A stretch of 63,968 nt of DNA, filler included, from Basidiobolus ranarum (lineage: Eukaryota), in the NCBI GenBank assembly GCA_040143965.1. It is 3 parts of 3 records of this genome, joined end to end, with 100 filler letters (N's around TTAATTAATTAA, not from the genome) between each part and the next. Parts side by side here need not be neighbours in the genome. Positions count along the whole stretch, not along the records: positions 1 to 23,347 come from JASJQH010000168.1; positions 23,448 to 46,757 come from JASJQH010000169.1; 1 more part is not named here. One strand, given 5' to 3'. This document shows, piece by piece, positions 14,733 to 27,354 of this stretch (positions are counted from its first letter, which is position 1; each line of letters begins with the position of its first letter). The notes beneath the pieces were generated by a model. It was not told the origin of the DNA. It saw nothing but the letters and a program-made list of their open reading frames with translations, and did not search any database. The translations under genes and the position numbers were made by a program.

Positions 14733-15675
14733 ATCAACAGGGAGTAGTAATACTTAATATGACAGTCTAGCTTACGAAGTAAATCCACGTAAAAACTGTA
14801 ACAGGATAACGTATGTTCCCTTGATAACGATGAACAGTTCTACTGAATTTAGTAAGAAAGCTTAAGGTGCTTTAACGAATTTAGCGCTCAATATAATCAT
14901 GAACTCGGGATCAGAAACCCAGAAAAATAATCTTCGATCCAAAACCTACAGATTGATAAAAGCGAGATGAATATCAAATCTGTAATAGTGCATGCTTACA
15001 AAACTCCCAGGTTAGCCACTTATTATCGAATGTCCTTCATTCATGTATCCTCTCCCCCCTCCAATGTATATACTGCATTACAACCAGAGCTCAAACAAAT
15101 GTGCACAGTTAGACTCAAGGGTCATGTCCTCAACCAGCAACATCCTTTCGGTGTATACAGTTTCAATTGTAGCAACCGATTCTATATGATGGATGACCAA
15201 AGCATAGCTACTTGAGCTCCATTATGTGGCACGAACGTGAATACAACAATTAAATCTGTAGGATGTATACATATTTGTATCATTTCTGGATATATAAAGA
15301 AAATGGTTTGCACGAAGAACGCTTAAGTTGGACTCTAGCATGAATAAAGATATTATAAAAGATGTGTCACATGCCTTTAATTATGGATTTACCCAAATGG
15401 ATTTCGGCTTACAAATTCTGATCGAAATCTGGCGCTTTTGCCGAAATCAATTAATCTAATTGAATTAGAACGCATCTCACCAAATCACATCCAGAAACAT
15501 GGTTGGAATTCTGAAATGTGTTGCAGCGGAGGGAGTGTTTGAAAAAGGTAACATTCAAGAAAAACGGGCCATTATAGTGGTAACGAGTTTATTGGTGCGT
15601 ATGTATAAGAGATTGCAAACTCCAATGGTGATAATGTGCTGAATGCAGAGTGATTGGAACGAAATGTAGGGAAAT

Positions 15676-16266
15676 CTAGGGCTTTTTAACAAAAATTGTC
15701 CATCCAAGCTGCTGAAATTTACGAGCAAGAGCTGGCGTTACAGCGGCAGTAATCGGAACACGAATAGGTAATAGAAGTTTATGAATACTGTAAGCGACCA
15801 AGAAGGTAGAGGTTAAAGATGGTGCGCCACTTTGCTTTTCTTCAACAGACAAAATATCCTCCTCTACCTCTTTCTTCACAAATTTCCAATCACCGAAATA
15901 CTCTAGTAACCAGCCTTCAAGGCTGCTTACGAAACTCTCACCTCCCACACTTACAAGCCAGAAAGTCAAAGCGAGATCGATGGTGGAGATTCCAAGATAG
16001 GCTACGGTAGCTGTTTTACCATACTTAGTAATAAGCTCTTTCATCTTACTAGGCTTTTTCTCATTTGCGGCTTTAACAACAGTTTCGGAGGAGTAGAAGC
16101 GCAAAGAAGAAGCTGAGAAGCTATTCTTACTTTTAAATAAATTAGCGGAGGTATTTAGACAAAAGCTGGGGCGAGTTGCAGGAAAACCAGGGCGCAAGGT
16201 TCTCAGAGACAAAAAGGAAGGGTTTCTATGGATAAGAGTTCTACTAGTCTTGATGAGCGAGTTCAT
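15676..16266 (-). CDS. DUF1279/FAM210 (Nat2-like) mitochondrial membrane protein
   Basis: Arg/Ser-rich presequence; KELITKYGKTATVAYLGISTIDL and FLVAYSIHKLLLPIRVPITAAVTP are typical of DUF1279. Confidence 0.8.
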   Translation of the reverse strand: MNSLIKTSRTLIHRNPSFLSLRTLRPGFPATRPSFCLNTSANLFKSKNSFSASSLRFYSSETVVKAANEKKPSKMKELITKYGKTATVAYLGISTIDLALTFWLVSVGGESFVSSLEGWLLEYFGDWKFVKKEVEEDILSVEEKQSGAPSLTSTFLVAYSIHKLLLPIRVPITAAVTPALARKFQQLGWTIFVKKP

Positions 16267-17634
16267 GCTTCAGACAAAAGCGGTTGGTATAGCTTTGATA
16301 TACAGATATACAAACGAAGGACGAAATGCAAGTAGTAGCGTAGAGGTTGAACACCTTAGCCTATAAAAAAAAGTAGGAAACTTCTGTAAACGAATTCTAA
16401 ACAGCAAAATTTCTTCGGAGCCCAATTTGATATTTATAGAAAGCAGTCGACAAAATAAAATCAGTGTAACTTACACCGGACAAAACCCACAGATCATTCC
16501 TATTGGCTACTTTCTAGGCATTTCACGGACACTCATTTATGCCATTGACCACTTAATTAGTTAGTGATAGTGACATTGCGGATACTTTTTAGTTGGGAAT
16601 TAGTCTGCGGATTTATGAGCGCACTTCTAGAACTCATCAAAGTATGCAACGATGATTTTGAAAGTCACTCAAAGAGTGGCGCTATAGTCGAAACTGTGCA
16701 TCGATGGTCCCATTTCTATACATAGATATGGTTTTTCAATTGAAATTGTTTGGGCAAATATTTTGTGTGATGACACCAGTTTGAGTTATTATAGACGTCC
16801 ATCCAAGGGGTATGTTGGAGGAGTGGTCTTACGCTTGGTATAGTTTAGTGTGTTAATATCCATTTTTATCCTTTGTTGTTTCATCAGTCAAATACACCTC
16901 GAATCCAACACAACTAGCGAGTCGTGTTGGTACCTCTATCGCTAATGACTGCAGGAAAGCCCTGGTGTAAGATTCGTTCTGTACAAATGCCTAGGTCTAG
17001 AGAACAGTAAGGTTCTTAGATAGTCAATGGTGGTAATTCCATTAGGCCAAGTTTCTTACTTAGGTGTGCTTGGAAATACAATAAATGGCCATCATACCAA
17101 TCTAGATATTCATTCCTTGCATTACCTACCAGAGTATACTATGTTATTCTCTATACAAGAGCCATCTCTGGTGAGCCAAGAGTTCGAATTTTGCATAGTT
17201 TCTTAAGCATGAATGTCATGCCAACTACAAGCATAAGTCTATTATGAATTGTTCTATTCCACGAACTCGAGCCTGAATATAATATTCGGGTTGGTGCATA
17301 TGGATCATGTGACTTTGACTGAGATATTGTAATCGAGTGTGGCGCTCTGGATCAAGGTTTGTGATTTAATTGGTTTTCCCCAGTGATTTGATTGGACCAC
17401 ATTGCCCTTGAGTGCAGATTCACATGGTTTCCAGGTGATGATCTCGGGTTGGACTGGGTCATAAAATGCTCTCATGATTTTCTCGCGTAAGAATTTACAG
17501 GTTCGTTTAATAAGCTTTATAGTCAATTTGCTTTCTTACCGTGCTTGGTATTGCGAATACCTTTGGTTCAATATAATCACTGTCTTTTCATAGTGTTTTT
17601 TAATAGTCAATTTAATTTGCTACGCATTATTAGA

Positions 17635-19494
17635 ATGTCTGAATACCATTTCAATCCTTCGTCTTTTTACCAACAGCAAGGATCAGTTGTTGAGTTGGAT
17701 ACACAGAATAATGATCATACACGAACGCTAAGTCTTAGTTCGGGTTCAATCCCGCCCGAGGAAAGGAGTAGAGCTGACACAAGCAGTAACCAAGATAGCA
17801 AAGATTCTAAAAAGAAAAGAGCCGGACCTAAGAGACGGAAAGTAACTCAAGGTTGGTATTCAACTGGCCGTTCAATGGTTCAATCTAGCTAACTCGACTA
17901 TTAAAGACTGACACTCATATAATTTATAGCTTGTGTATATTGTCGTCGTTCTCATATGACTTGCGATGATGGTAATACCGTTGTAAATTTTGTATACTGT
18001 ATTTTGCAGACATTCTTTGTTGATTGTCACCATGTATACACACAGACTTTCTTTAAACCAAACTGTTAATAGGCCGACCTTGTCAACGCTGTATTAAACG
18101 AAATATTGGTCATTTATGCCATAATGAAACGAAAGGCAATGCCCCCAAAACGCCAGCTAGCTTTAGCCACATTCAGCAAACCTCCAATCCAACAAGTGAG
18201 CCAGATTTCATAGAATAGTAAAACTCCTCAATTACATGTTTAACCACGTTACACAGTTTCTCCTGGATTAGACACCTCGTCGTTCAAGCCTTTACCTCTT
18301 ACAGTTGATCAGCTAACGAATATGCCATCTGCACCTCTCGCATTTGCTAGTGAGCACGTAGGAAACGAATTCTCAGTTATTAGGTGACATTTATTTGTTA
18401 TAAAGCAGTGATTTTGTTCCTTGTACTGATTGGACTTAACATACAATATCGTGACAGTGATTTCTTGGAGAGTTTAAGTGGTACACAAAGCGGTTTTGGC
18501 GCTGCCGGTGATCCAGTCAACACTACGGAAAAATTCTTTCTCACTGCAGCTGATCCGTCTGATGGTACTTTCGAAGACCGCCTGACTGAGATTATTAGTG
18601 CCAAATTCGAAGCTGGTCTTCTTAAACCATATAATTATGTCAAAGGTTATGAGCGATTGCAAAGATACATGGACTCTCAGTAAGTATTTACAGGTGTAAT
18701 CGTTTTCTTTTGGCAGTTAATTCTTAGATAAATTTGAACAGCATGTCACACATAAGTAAGCAGCGAATCATTGGTGTTATGGGAACTTTTAGACCTGCAT
18801 TTCGTGCGATTGCTCAGTCATTAACGGACATTGATCTTGTTCTGGTCGAGGAGGCATTTGAGCGTTTATTATTGGTATATTAGCACACCCGGATTTGTCA
18901 ATCGAATGATGTTAATATGTTTACTCAATCCTACAGGACTACGATCGCGTTTTCAGCTCTATGGGAATCCCGGCTTGCTTATGGCGTCGTACGGGTGAAA
19001 TTTATAAAGGCAATAAGGAATTTGCCCATCTCGTCGGTATACCTATTGAGACATTGAGCGAGGTATTTTCGTAGATTCATTCCTATGTCGGAGTTTGACA
19101 TTGTATATAACTGAGTTCACTTTTTGTAGGGGAAGATATGCATTTATGAGGTATTTGTTAGTGTTTAGTGTTCTAATAGGTAGCAAACATCTCATGGCTT
19201 AATTTGTACAGTTAATGACCGAGGAATCCGCTGTAAACTACTGGGAGGTGCCTATTTTTCATTTCCTTCAGTTCTCGAACGAGTGTCTAAATCATTCTTA
19301 ACTATTTATAGAAATATGGAAATATTGCTTTTGACGCGGGTCAAAAAGCCGTTTTAACCTCGTGTTATCTTAAAAAGCCTGAGGATATGGATAGCAACGC
19401 CATGTCATGCTGTTTCTCCTTTACGATTCGTCGCGACAAGTACAATATTCCCACAGGTATCGTTGGTAACTTTTTACCGGCAAATCCACTATAA
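17635..19494 (+). CDS. Zn(2)-Cys(6) transcription factor of the Rds2/AcuM family with C-terminal PAS-like region; about 10 introns
   Basis: Spliced [88 protein letters not shown]; stop TAA 19492-19494. Confidence 0.88.
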
Positions 19495-20119
19495 TGACAC
19501 AATCACTTGCTCCTAAGCAGTTACATAGAACACTAGCAGTGATACTTAATATATACTTATATTTCATAAGCTATTTTTGCTTTTACGGGTACCGAAATAT
19601 ACATCAACAGCAAAAGTGCTAGCCAAAGGGCTCTTGGTATTTTCTTGTATAGTTATTAACCACAATTCCTTTGATCTCATATCTTCATTTAATCTTTCTT
19701 TAATAAATGATATTTTGGAAAGAACCTTTTGAGCAGTAAGCTCAGATAGTAAAATTAATTATGGTCACATGAGTTGGATAGCCTATCGCTTTATGGTACT
19801 CTTAAGCATATGTAGAGACCTATTTACATCAAAGAAAGGATCAGCAATTAGCAAGCATCTTAAACGCATTAATACATATGATGCCAATTGTGAAGGGATC
19901 AAACAAATTAATTATAACAATCTCTGATTAGTGTTTAATTATTTTACAGGCTTATGCTATATATTAGTGATAATGTAAATATTGGATTATACATAGAAGA
20001 GTATTCATCCAAGATTACGGTTGCTTAGTTTTCTCAGAAATTAAACAAATACTCCCTCCCTGTGCTCTTCTTTTCTCAGTCAAGTCTCAATATTTCGCAT
20101 ATCTCCAGAGTGAAACAAG

Positions 20120-21743
20120 ATGCTTTCTAGAAAATATGCCACACTGCCAGATCTTGTACCTTTCTCTAGGAATATACTACTTTATTCTAGCTTCATCTAA
20201 ATGGACTTTAACTTTAGGATACTCATCCGGATGTTTACGAAACACCTGATCCCATTCCACTTTTACTTCAAGAAAAAACCGTAAGACTTTGGATTATGAG
20301 ATGAAAATGAAGTATACTTATTTTTATCTAACCCCTTTTGTAAGATAAACGAAAATGATAGCAAAGTTGAGGAAGCACAAGCTTCTACTGAAGGTAACTT
20401 TCATGAAGTACTACAGTTTAAAGTGCTTACGTCCCAACTAATTGTCACATCTCATCAGAACCCCCTAAAAGCTTAAGTCGACAAAAGCGTGCCATGTATA
20501 GGAATTATCTAAATAGTAGTGATAATTCCGAACTTGAAATATTACCCACACATCCTCTGTTAGAAGAGACTCTTCCTCAACGACACGAAAGACTTTTATT
20601 GGAGATCCAAGAGTTAAAGGATGAAATTCAAGTGAGAAATTTTTACTTTACTTATTGTTACGATGGTTTCGACGAACTAAAATCCCAATATTTAGAATGG
20701 TGATAAAGAGCCCAACCCTACGATAATCTCCCAAGTGACCCAACTTCAGAGTAACTTGAGTCAACTCACTGATAGATTGAAGAAAAATATCGCTGAAAAA
20801 GAAGCAAGCACCCTAATCAACCAGCTCAAATCCTTTTCTCTCGAGAATTCTCAAGAGACCCAGAATTCTCAGGTTTGTTAACTTTTATTGATGATCCTAG
20901 TTCACTAATTAAACTATACATAAAGAAGCCTAAAGTCGCTAAGAAGCAAGTGGAAGTTGACCCGGTGGCTCTAACAGCTACCATCGAAAAGCGCATTTCT
21001 GCTTTGGAAAAACTTATTGGGACTAGCTCCTCACAAGCATTTAAAGAATCGGTTCGCATATATACCCTTGATTTGTGATTTTCATCCAACATACTGATCA
21101 GGCTTTTACCTTCAGGAAATCTCCACTACCTCCACGGGACTCGTCGCCACAGTTTCTCAACTAGAAGAGCAGTTAGAGCAATTGGTTCAGCAACGACAAA
21201 CTGATCCAACTTCTCGTCGTATTAAAAGTATAGTAAATGAACTCGATGGTCTAATCAAACTTCGGAATAAAGATGAAAACCAACTTGCTAATAAGGAATT
21301 GGAGAGCAGGGTATACATGAATCTTTACCTTACGTATCATAACAGCACTTGTAACTAATATTCTTTTTATTAGATTGGTTTCTTATTCGATGCGGTTGAA
21401 ACTTTTGACCCAGTTATCGTTCTTACTCAGCCTCTTCTGAATCGTCTCAAGGAACTTCAATCACTTCATAATGAGGCTTCTATCTTTGACGAGTCGATCA
21501 AGATGGTAACTTCAGAGCAACAGAAGATTGAGCAAAAAGGCCAAGACCTTGAGAATACATGCAAACAGGTATGATAATCATTTAATCTTCTCCAAGAAGA
21601 AACATAATTCTAAACAGTATCTTCATTGTTCTCAGCTGGAAATCAACCTTCAGGACAACACAGCGTCAATACAAAGAAATGTCGAAAAATTAGATAAGAG
21701 ATTGACGAGCCTGGTAGAGCAAGTGAATGGGCTAAGCCATTAA
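20120..21743 (+). CDS. Dynamitin (dynactin subunit 2/p50), multi-exon
   Basis: N-terminus KYATLPDL|DTHPDVYETPD, ETLPQRHERLLLEIQELKDEI, IEKRISALEKLIG, LLNRLKELQSLHNEA; coiled-coil C-terminus. Confidence 0.8.
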
Positions 21744-22513
21744 CGTGGATTACAATTGTTTTGATTTTGTGGATGGTCATACCCTGCTTGTTGTTTGCAT
21801 CCCATATTGAAGCCTTTTTAAGAATATGTTCCTAATCTTATGGCGACATATCTATCGATCACCCTTACTTATATTATTTCTACTCTTATAATAAATCCTT
21901 TATTCCATCCGATTAGCTACATACCTCGTTGATCTGGCATAAAGCAACGGTATACAATACGAATGAATAGTATGCAACCAGTCTACACTTTGTTTTAGGT
22001 AGCCTACCTACTGTCGAAGTGGAGTTAAAGGCATTAGCAAGGCAGCAGCTGATAGTCCGGATTTAACCGTTCCCTTCAAATCGATGCTACATCTTTTCAA
22101 ACTCGTCTCAACAAGGTTTCGGTAATATCCTCTAAATGTGTTGATTCCAAGATTCTAGGAAAGTCACTTTCTGGATAGCATTCATTAGTAGTTTAGACAC
22201 TTGATTATCATACACTTGATAAAAATTCGCATCCATTTGAGTGCACACTAGTGGCTTATTATTTAGTTCTTGTACTTACCAAATTTATATGCAAGCTTTA
22301 TTGCAATAGATAGGATGTGATGCTTTTGCTAGATATTAAATAGATTATGCTCTGGTAATAAGGCTAGAGTAGGATAAAAAAGGTCGGAAATACTGAAGAA
22401 AAAGCAAATATTAAATAATGTCATATATTACAACCTCAAGAGTGATTTATGCACTAGGAAATAGTTGGATTCTATAAAGACTCTGAAGAGCAGGAAACTA
22501 ACTGAATTGGTGG

Positions 22514-23347
22514 TCAATAATGAGCTTTGGGTTCTTCATTGTAATGTGGTGTTGTAGAATATGGATTCTCCGCTGGCGTAGCGGTCTCCGCTAAATCTTC
22601 TTCATTAAGTCTCTTTTGCTCAGCTAGGACTTCATTGGGATCCGTATCGACTCCTTGGCGGGTACCCCAAGCGGTGACATGCAACGTGAACAAAGAGTAT
22701 ATCTTCATAATAGAGAAGTAATATCCGAAGACCAACCATGCTGGCACATAAATAATATCTTGGGGACGACGCCAAAAATGTGGCATGAGCTTGATGATAC
22801 GGGTACAGAGCAGCCAGACAATATACGAAACAATTACATTCCAAATTGGTAAATGGAAAGCGTTGGGGCTAGGTGGTGCACCAGGAATACGGTTAGGGTT
22901 TGTACTTTGCATCAAATCCTGAGGGTTTCGCGGGTTAACTGACTTGAAGCATATATAAGCGACTAGTATAGGCCCAGCTAAGAGGGTGATGGGGTTAAAG
23001 AATTTGTCAAGCATAGTGAATGCTACGTATGGATATCTATGCCAAATCACCCTCTCAGTAATAAGAGAACGGATATCAGAACGCCAGGTATTGCGAGTCC
23101 AACGGAGCACTTGCTTAAGAAATCGCCAGTTGTTTTTGAAAGTGGATAGAAGTTCAGTCTCGGGGCATGCTTGAATGTATGTATTCCATCCGTATTTTAC
23201 TACCCAGCGCGTTAAAAACTTGTCGTCGCCAGAATTAAGTTGATATTTGCCCAGCCAGAAGTCATTGGTAAAATTGTGAATGAAGGCAGGGTCTTTCAAG
23301 ATACACGTCCTATAGCAGGCAGTACGACCTGAAAGACAACATACGCC
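22514..23347 (-). CDS. Processive glycosyltransferase family 2 (Cps1/hyaluronan-synthase-like); 3' part only, 5' end lost in the gap
   Basis: CLSGRTACYRT, SGDDKFLTRW, QVLRWTRNTWRS (QxxRW) and C-terminal TM helices ending AWGTR. Confidence 0.88.
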   Translation of the reverse strand, partial: GVCCLSGRTACYRTCILKDPAFIHNFTNDFWLGKYQLNSGDDKFLTRWVVKYGWNTYIQACPETELLSTFKNNWRFLKQVLRWTRNTWRSDIRSLITERVIWHRYPYVAFTMLDKFFNPITLLAGPILVAYICFKSVNPRNPQDLMQSTNPNRIPGAPPSPNAFHLPIWNVIVSYIVWLLCTRIIKLMPHFWRRPQDIIYVPAWLVFGYYFSIMKIYSLFTLHVTAWGTRQGVDTDPNEVLAEQKRLNEEDLAETATPAENPYSTTPHYNEEPKAHY

Positions 23348-23447
23348 NNNNNNNNNNNNNNNNNNNNNNNNNNNNNNNNNNNNNNNNNNNNTTAATTAAT
23401 TAANNNNNNNNNNNNNNNNNNNNNNNNNNNNNNNNNNNNNNNNNNNN
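23348..23447. other. Assembly gap with artificial six-frame stop linker (N44-TTAATTAATTAA-N44)
   Basis: Identical 100-nt construct also at 46758-46857. Confidence 0.95.
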
Positions 23448-24605
23448 CTTAAAACGACTTTTTTGAATGGTGAGCTTGCTGAGGAGATCTATATGGGCCA
23501 GCCAGATGGATTTGTGGATCCAGAAAACCCTAAAAAAGCTTGCAGACTTGGGAAAACACTCTAATGCCTGAAACAATCTCCAAGAGCTTGGAATAGCAAG
23601 ATAGATGCTTTTTTGGAAATACTCAAATTCCAAAAGAGTAATGCTGACTATAGTGTCTACATCAAGCCAGATAAGACAAACCCAGTTTTATTAGCCTTAT
23701 ATATAGATGACCTTATTATAGTAACCAATGACTTGGAGATTTTGGAGAAAACCAAATCCGGCTTATCTGCCAAATTCAAAATGACTGATCTTGGTGAACT
23801 AATGTACTATCTTGGAATCCAAATTAAGATAGATAGAACTAGCAAGACAATAACTTTAAATCAGTCTAAGTACATCCTAGATATACTAAAGAAGTTTAAA
23901 ATGGAAGAATGTAATCCAGCATCTACCCCAATGGAGACAAATCTTGACTTGACCAAAAATGGCTCAAATCAGATGTTTTTGGATTCAAATGAAAGCCAGA
24001 AATACCCTTATCAATCTATAATTGGTAGTTTGATGTATACCATGGTTGGAACATTGCCAGACATTGCTTATTCTGTGGGAGTTATATGCCAATATCTTAA
24101 AAATTATGGATCTGATCAAATCATAGCAGTTAAGTGTGTTTTCAGATATTTGAAAGGTACTGTGGATCTATGCTTAAAAAACACATATTCTGGATCAAAC
24201 TTTGATCTGATAGGATATTTGGATGCAAGCTGGGGAAGAGATATTGAAGACTGGAGATCTACAATAGGATACTTATTTCTTTGCTGTAATGGAGCTATTT
24301 CTTGGAATTCAAAGAAACAACCTACCATTGCACTTTCAGCAACGGAAGCTGAGCATATGGCTTCCTGTGATTTGGGTTATTCTCAAAATTCACCAACTAC
24401 AATATTTCAAGATAATCAAAGTTGTATCAAATTAGCTAAAAAACCTATGTTTCATAATAGAAGCAAACATATAGATATTAAGCATCACTACATTAGAAAG
24501 ACTATAGAGAATAAGTTTATTGACTTAATTTATTGTTCTACAGAAGACATGATTGCTGATATATTAACCAAACCTTTAGCTACACAGAAATTTGAGAAAC
24601 TTTGA
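23448..24605 (+). mobile_element. Ty1/copia LTR retrotransposon pol fragment (RT and RNase H), inactivated
   Basis: [78 protein letters not shown]; in-frame TAA at 23562-23564; apparent deletion after AEHMAS. Confidence 0.95.
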
Positions 24606-24649
24606 CCTTTATTAGGATTAGTTTATATGACTATTTAGTTAAGGGAGAG

Positions 24650-24744
24650 TGTTGAAATTAGCTTTGCCTAAGCACCTATATAGTCATATGTAGCTTAGTA
24701 CTTAGTTATCTTATATTTCACTAAGATATTATCCATTATTCTCA
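24650..24744 (+). repeat. Putative 3' LTR (about 95 bp, TG...CA) preceded by a polypurine tract
   Basis: AAGGGAGAG directly before TGTTGAAATT; ends TTCTCA; diverged second copy at 25722-25816. Confidence 0.65.
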
Positions 24745-24814
24745 ATTGGAATTTACATGGATTATTTTTACCAATTTAGAAGTTCTCAGATATATAGATT
24801 TTTCAAACTTGTGC

Positions 24815-24999
24815 TAGATGCCCCAAACTTTGCACACATGTTCCTGGGACCTTAGGTAACACATTCTACATGTTTGTTTGCTTATATCTTGACAAAACTA
24901 TAAATGTCAACTTTCTACTCAATAAATCAATAAGTGAAACCACCAATTCCTCTAATTCTCCAAACTGCTTCCAACAAGCTCCCAAATACTTTTACACTG
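24815..24999 (+). repeat. Partial copy (right half) of the MITE-like element at 51845-52080
   Basis: Shares AAAACTATAAATGTCAACTTTC.ACTCAATAAATCAATAAGTGAAA and CTTCCAACAA.CTCCCAAA; ends CACTG. Confidence 0.7.
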
Positions 25000-25720
25000 A
25001 CAAGATTTACACAAACACATCTATTGAAGAATATTTTTGTGATAAATTAAATCAACAAAGGCACATTATTGGAGGATTCCACCCACATTGGAAAAAAATA
25101 CCAGTAGGAATATACTGAATGAATGATGGATTTCTTTTAAGTTGTTGATACAATATAATATAGGAGATGTTAGTCTTCATCCAAGGACTCACTGCTCCAT
25201 AGAAGAGTGGCTAAATCTTGACAGAATATAATGAATAAAATCCAAAGTATTTTCATCAAAATCCCTGCAAATAGATGGGACTTTTGTTTCCCTTCCATAA
25301 AGTGGATCTAAGGGTATTAAGTATAATCAGCTTAAATGAGATCATAACTTGTTTTCTGCCTAGAGATACATTCTGTGTATGTCTATACAAATATAAGTGA
25401 ATTGGATCCAATATATTGATTTAGAACAGAGTTCTTGAATATTAGATGATTGCCCAATATATGTTGAATCTATACAGCCCAAACAAATTTCTACATTGGT
25501 TGCAAGTTCAACTTGAATTCTAGAACTTAGATCCTTTTTAATCATTTTGCTATAATAATCAAATCCAACATAGTTAAATCTCTTGAGCCAAAATTGGATA
25601 GCTTCTTGCTTGGAATAGCTTATACTTGCATATGAACCATTTTGATTCAATATCAGTTTGTATAAGTTCTGATCCCTTTCTCTCAAAACCAAATAGTTCC
25701 CATTTTGATTGACAATGATG
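25000..25720 (-). mobile_element. Degenerate copia GAG-pre-integrase/integrase relic, opposite orientation
   Basis: AIQFWLKRFNYVG...EICLGCI resembles the LWHxRLGH...CxxC zinc-binding region; frameshifted; boundaries approximate. Confidence 0.55.
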
Positions 25721-25721
25721 A

Positions 25722-25816
25722 AGTTGAAATTAACCAAGCTTAAACACCTATGTAGTCATATAATGCTTAGTATTTAGTTATTTCATATTTTACTAAAATA
25801 TCCCCCCCTATTCTCA
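25722..25816 (+). repeat. Diverged copy of the ~95-bp LTR
   Basis: GTTGAAATTA..CACCTAT.TAGTCATAT..GCTTAGTA.TTAGTTAT..TATTCTCAAT matches 24650-24746. Confidence 0.65.
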
Positions 25817-26210
25817 ATGGAAAGTTAATTTGGAAGAAGGGTCATAAATATTCCTTAGTACTGTTAATAATAAATTTAATTTCAAGACCTAAGTATTTTA
25901 TTTGGATTATGAAGTTCATTCAAGTTGATAGTAATCCAATAATAATGCAATCACATGAATGGTTTGAAATAGGTTGGTTACCATATTGAGCCTGGATGAC
26001 ACAAATCAATACAATGCATCTTCTGATGATTAGCATCACATACATAACAAACACATTTATTAAGCATAATTCATTACTAGTCCCCCTATACACCCATTTA
26101 CGTAACCGATCGAGAGTAGAGGGAAATAGGGAAGAATAGGGGGGATTGGGTGAATCGTAGTAATAAAATGAGGAACGGAGGGGTGGGAGTTCAAAAAGGG
26201 GATAAGCGAA

Positions 26211-27195
<985 letters not shown>

Positions 27196-27354
27196 GTTTA
27201 AAAGTTAAGGGTATATGCTTCAGATGAATGTTGTTACATTATTTATCTAGTACAGTGACCGTAATCCAAATGACCCAATCATGTAGATTGTACGCATGAA
27301 GTAACCAGATGAGTAAATGCAGTGAAATTAATTCAACGAGATTTATTTTAATAT

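Noticed and set aside
17742-17757. GGGTTCAATCCCG resembling a tRNA T-arm
   Set aside because: Lies inside exon 1 of the Zn2Cys6 gene; no acceptor, D or anticodon stems found
23400-23633. ORFs running into N runs (also 46802-47023)
   Set aside because: Terminated by the artificial linker and antisense to the real coding frames
24650-24976. A 327-bp LTR bounded by TGTTG...CAACA
   Set aside because: The CAACA lies within the TIR of a separate repeat whose similarity to 51898-52078 extends past it; the second LTR-like copy covers only ~95 bp
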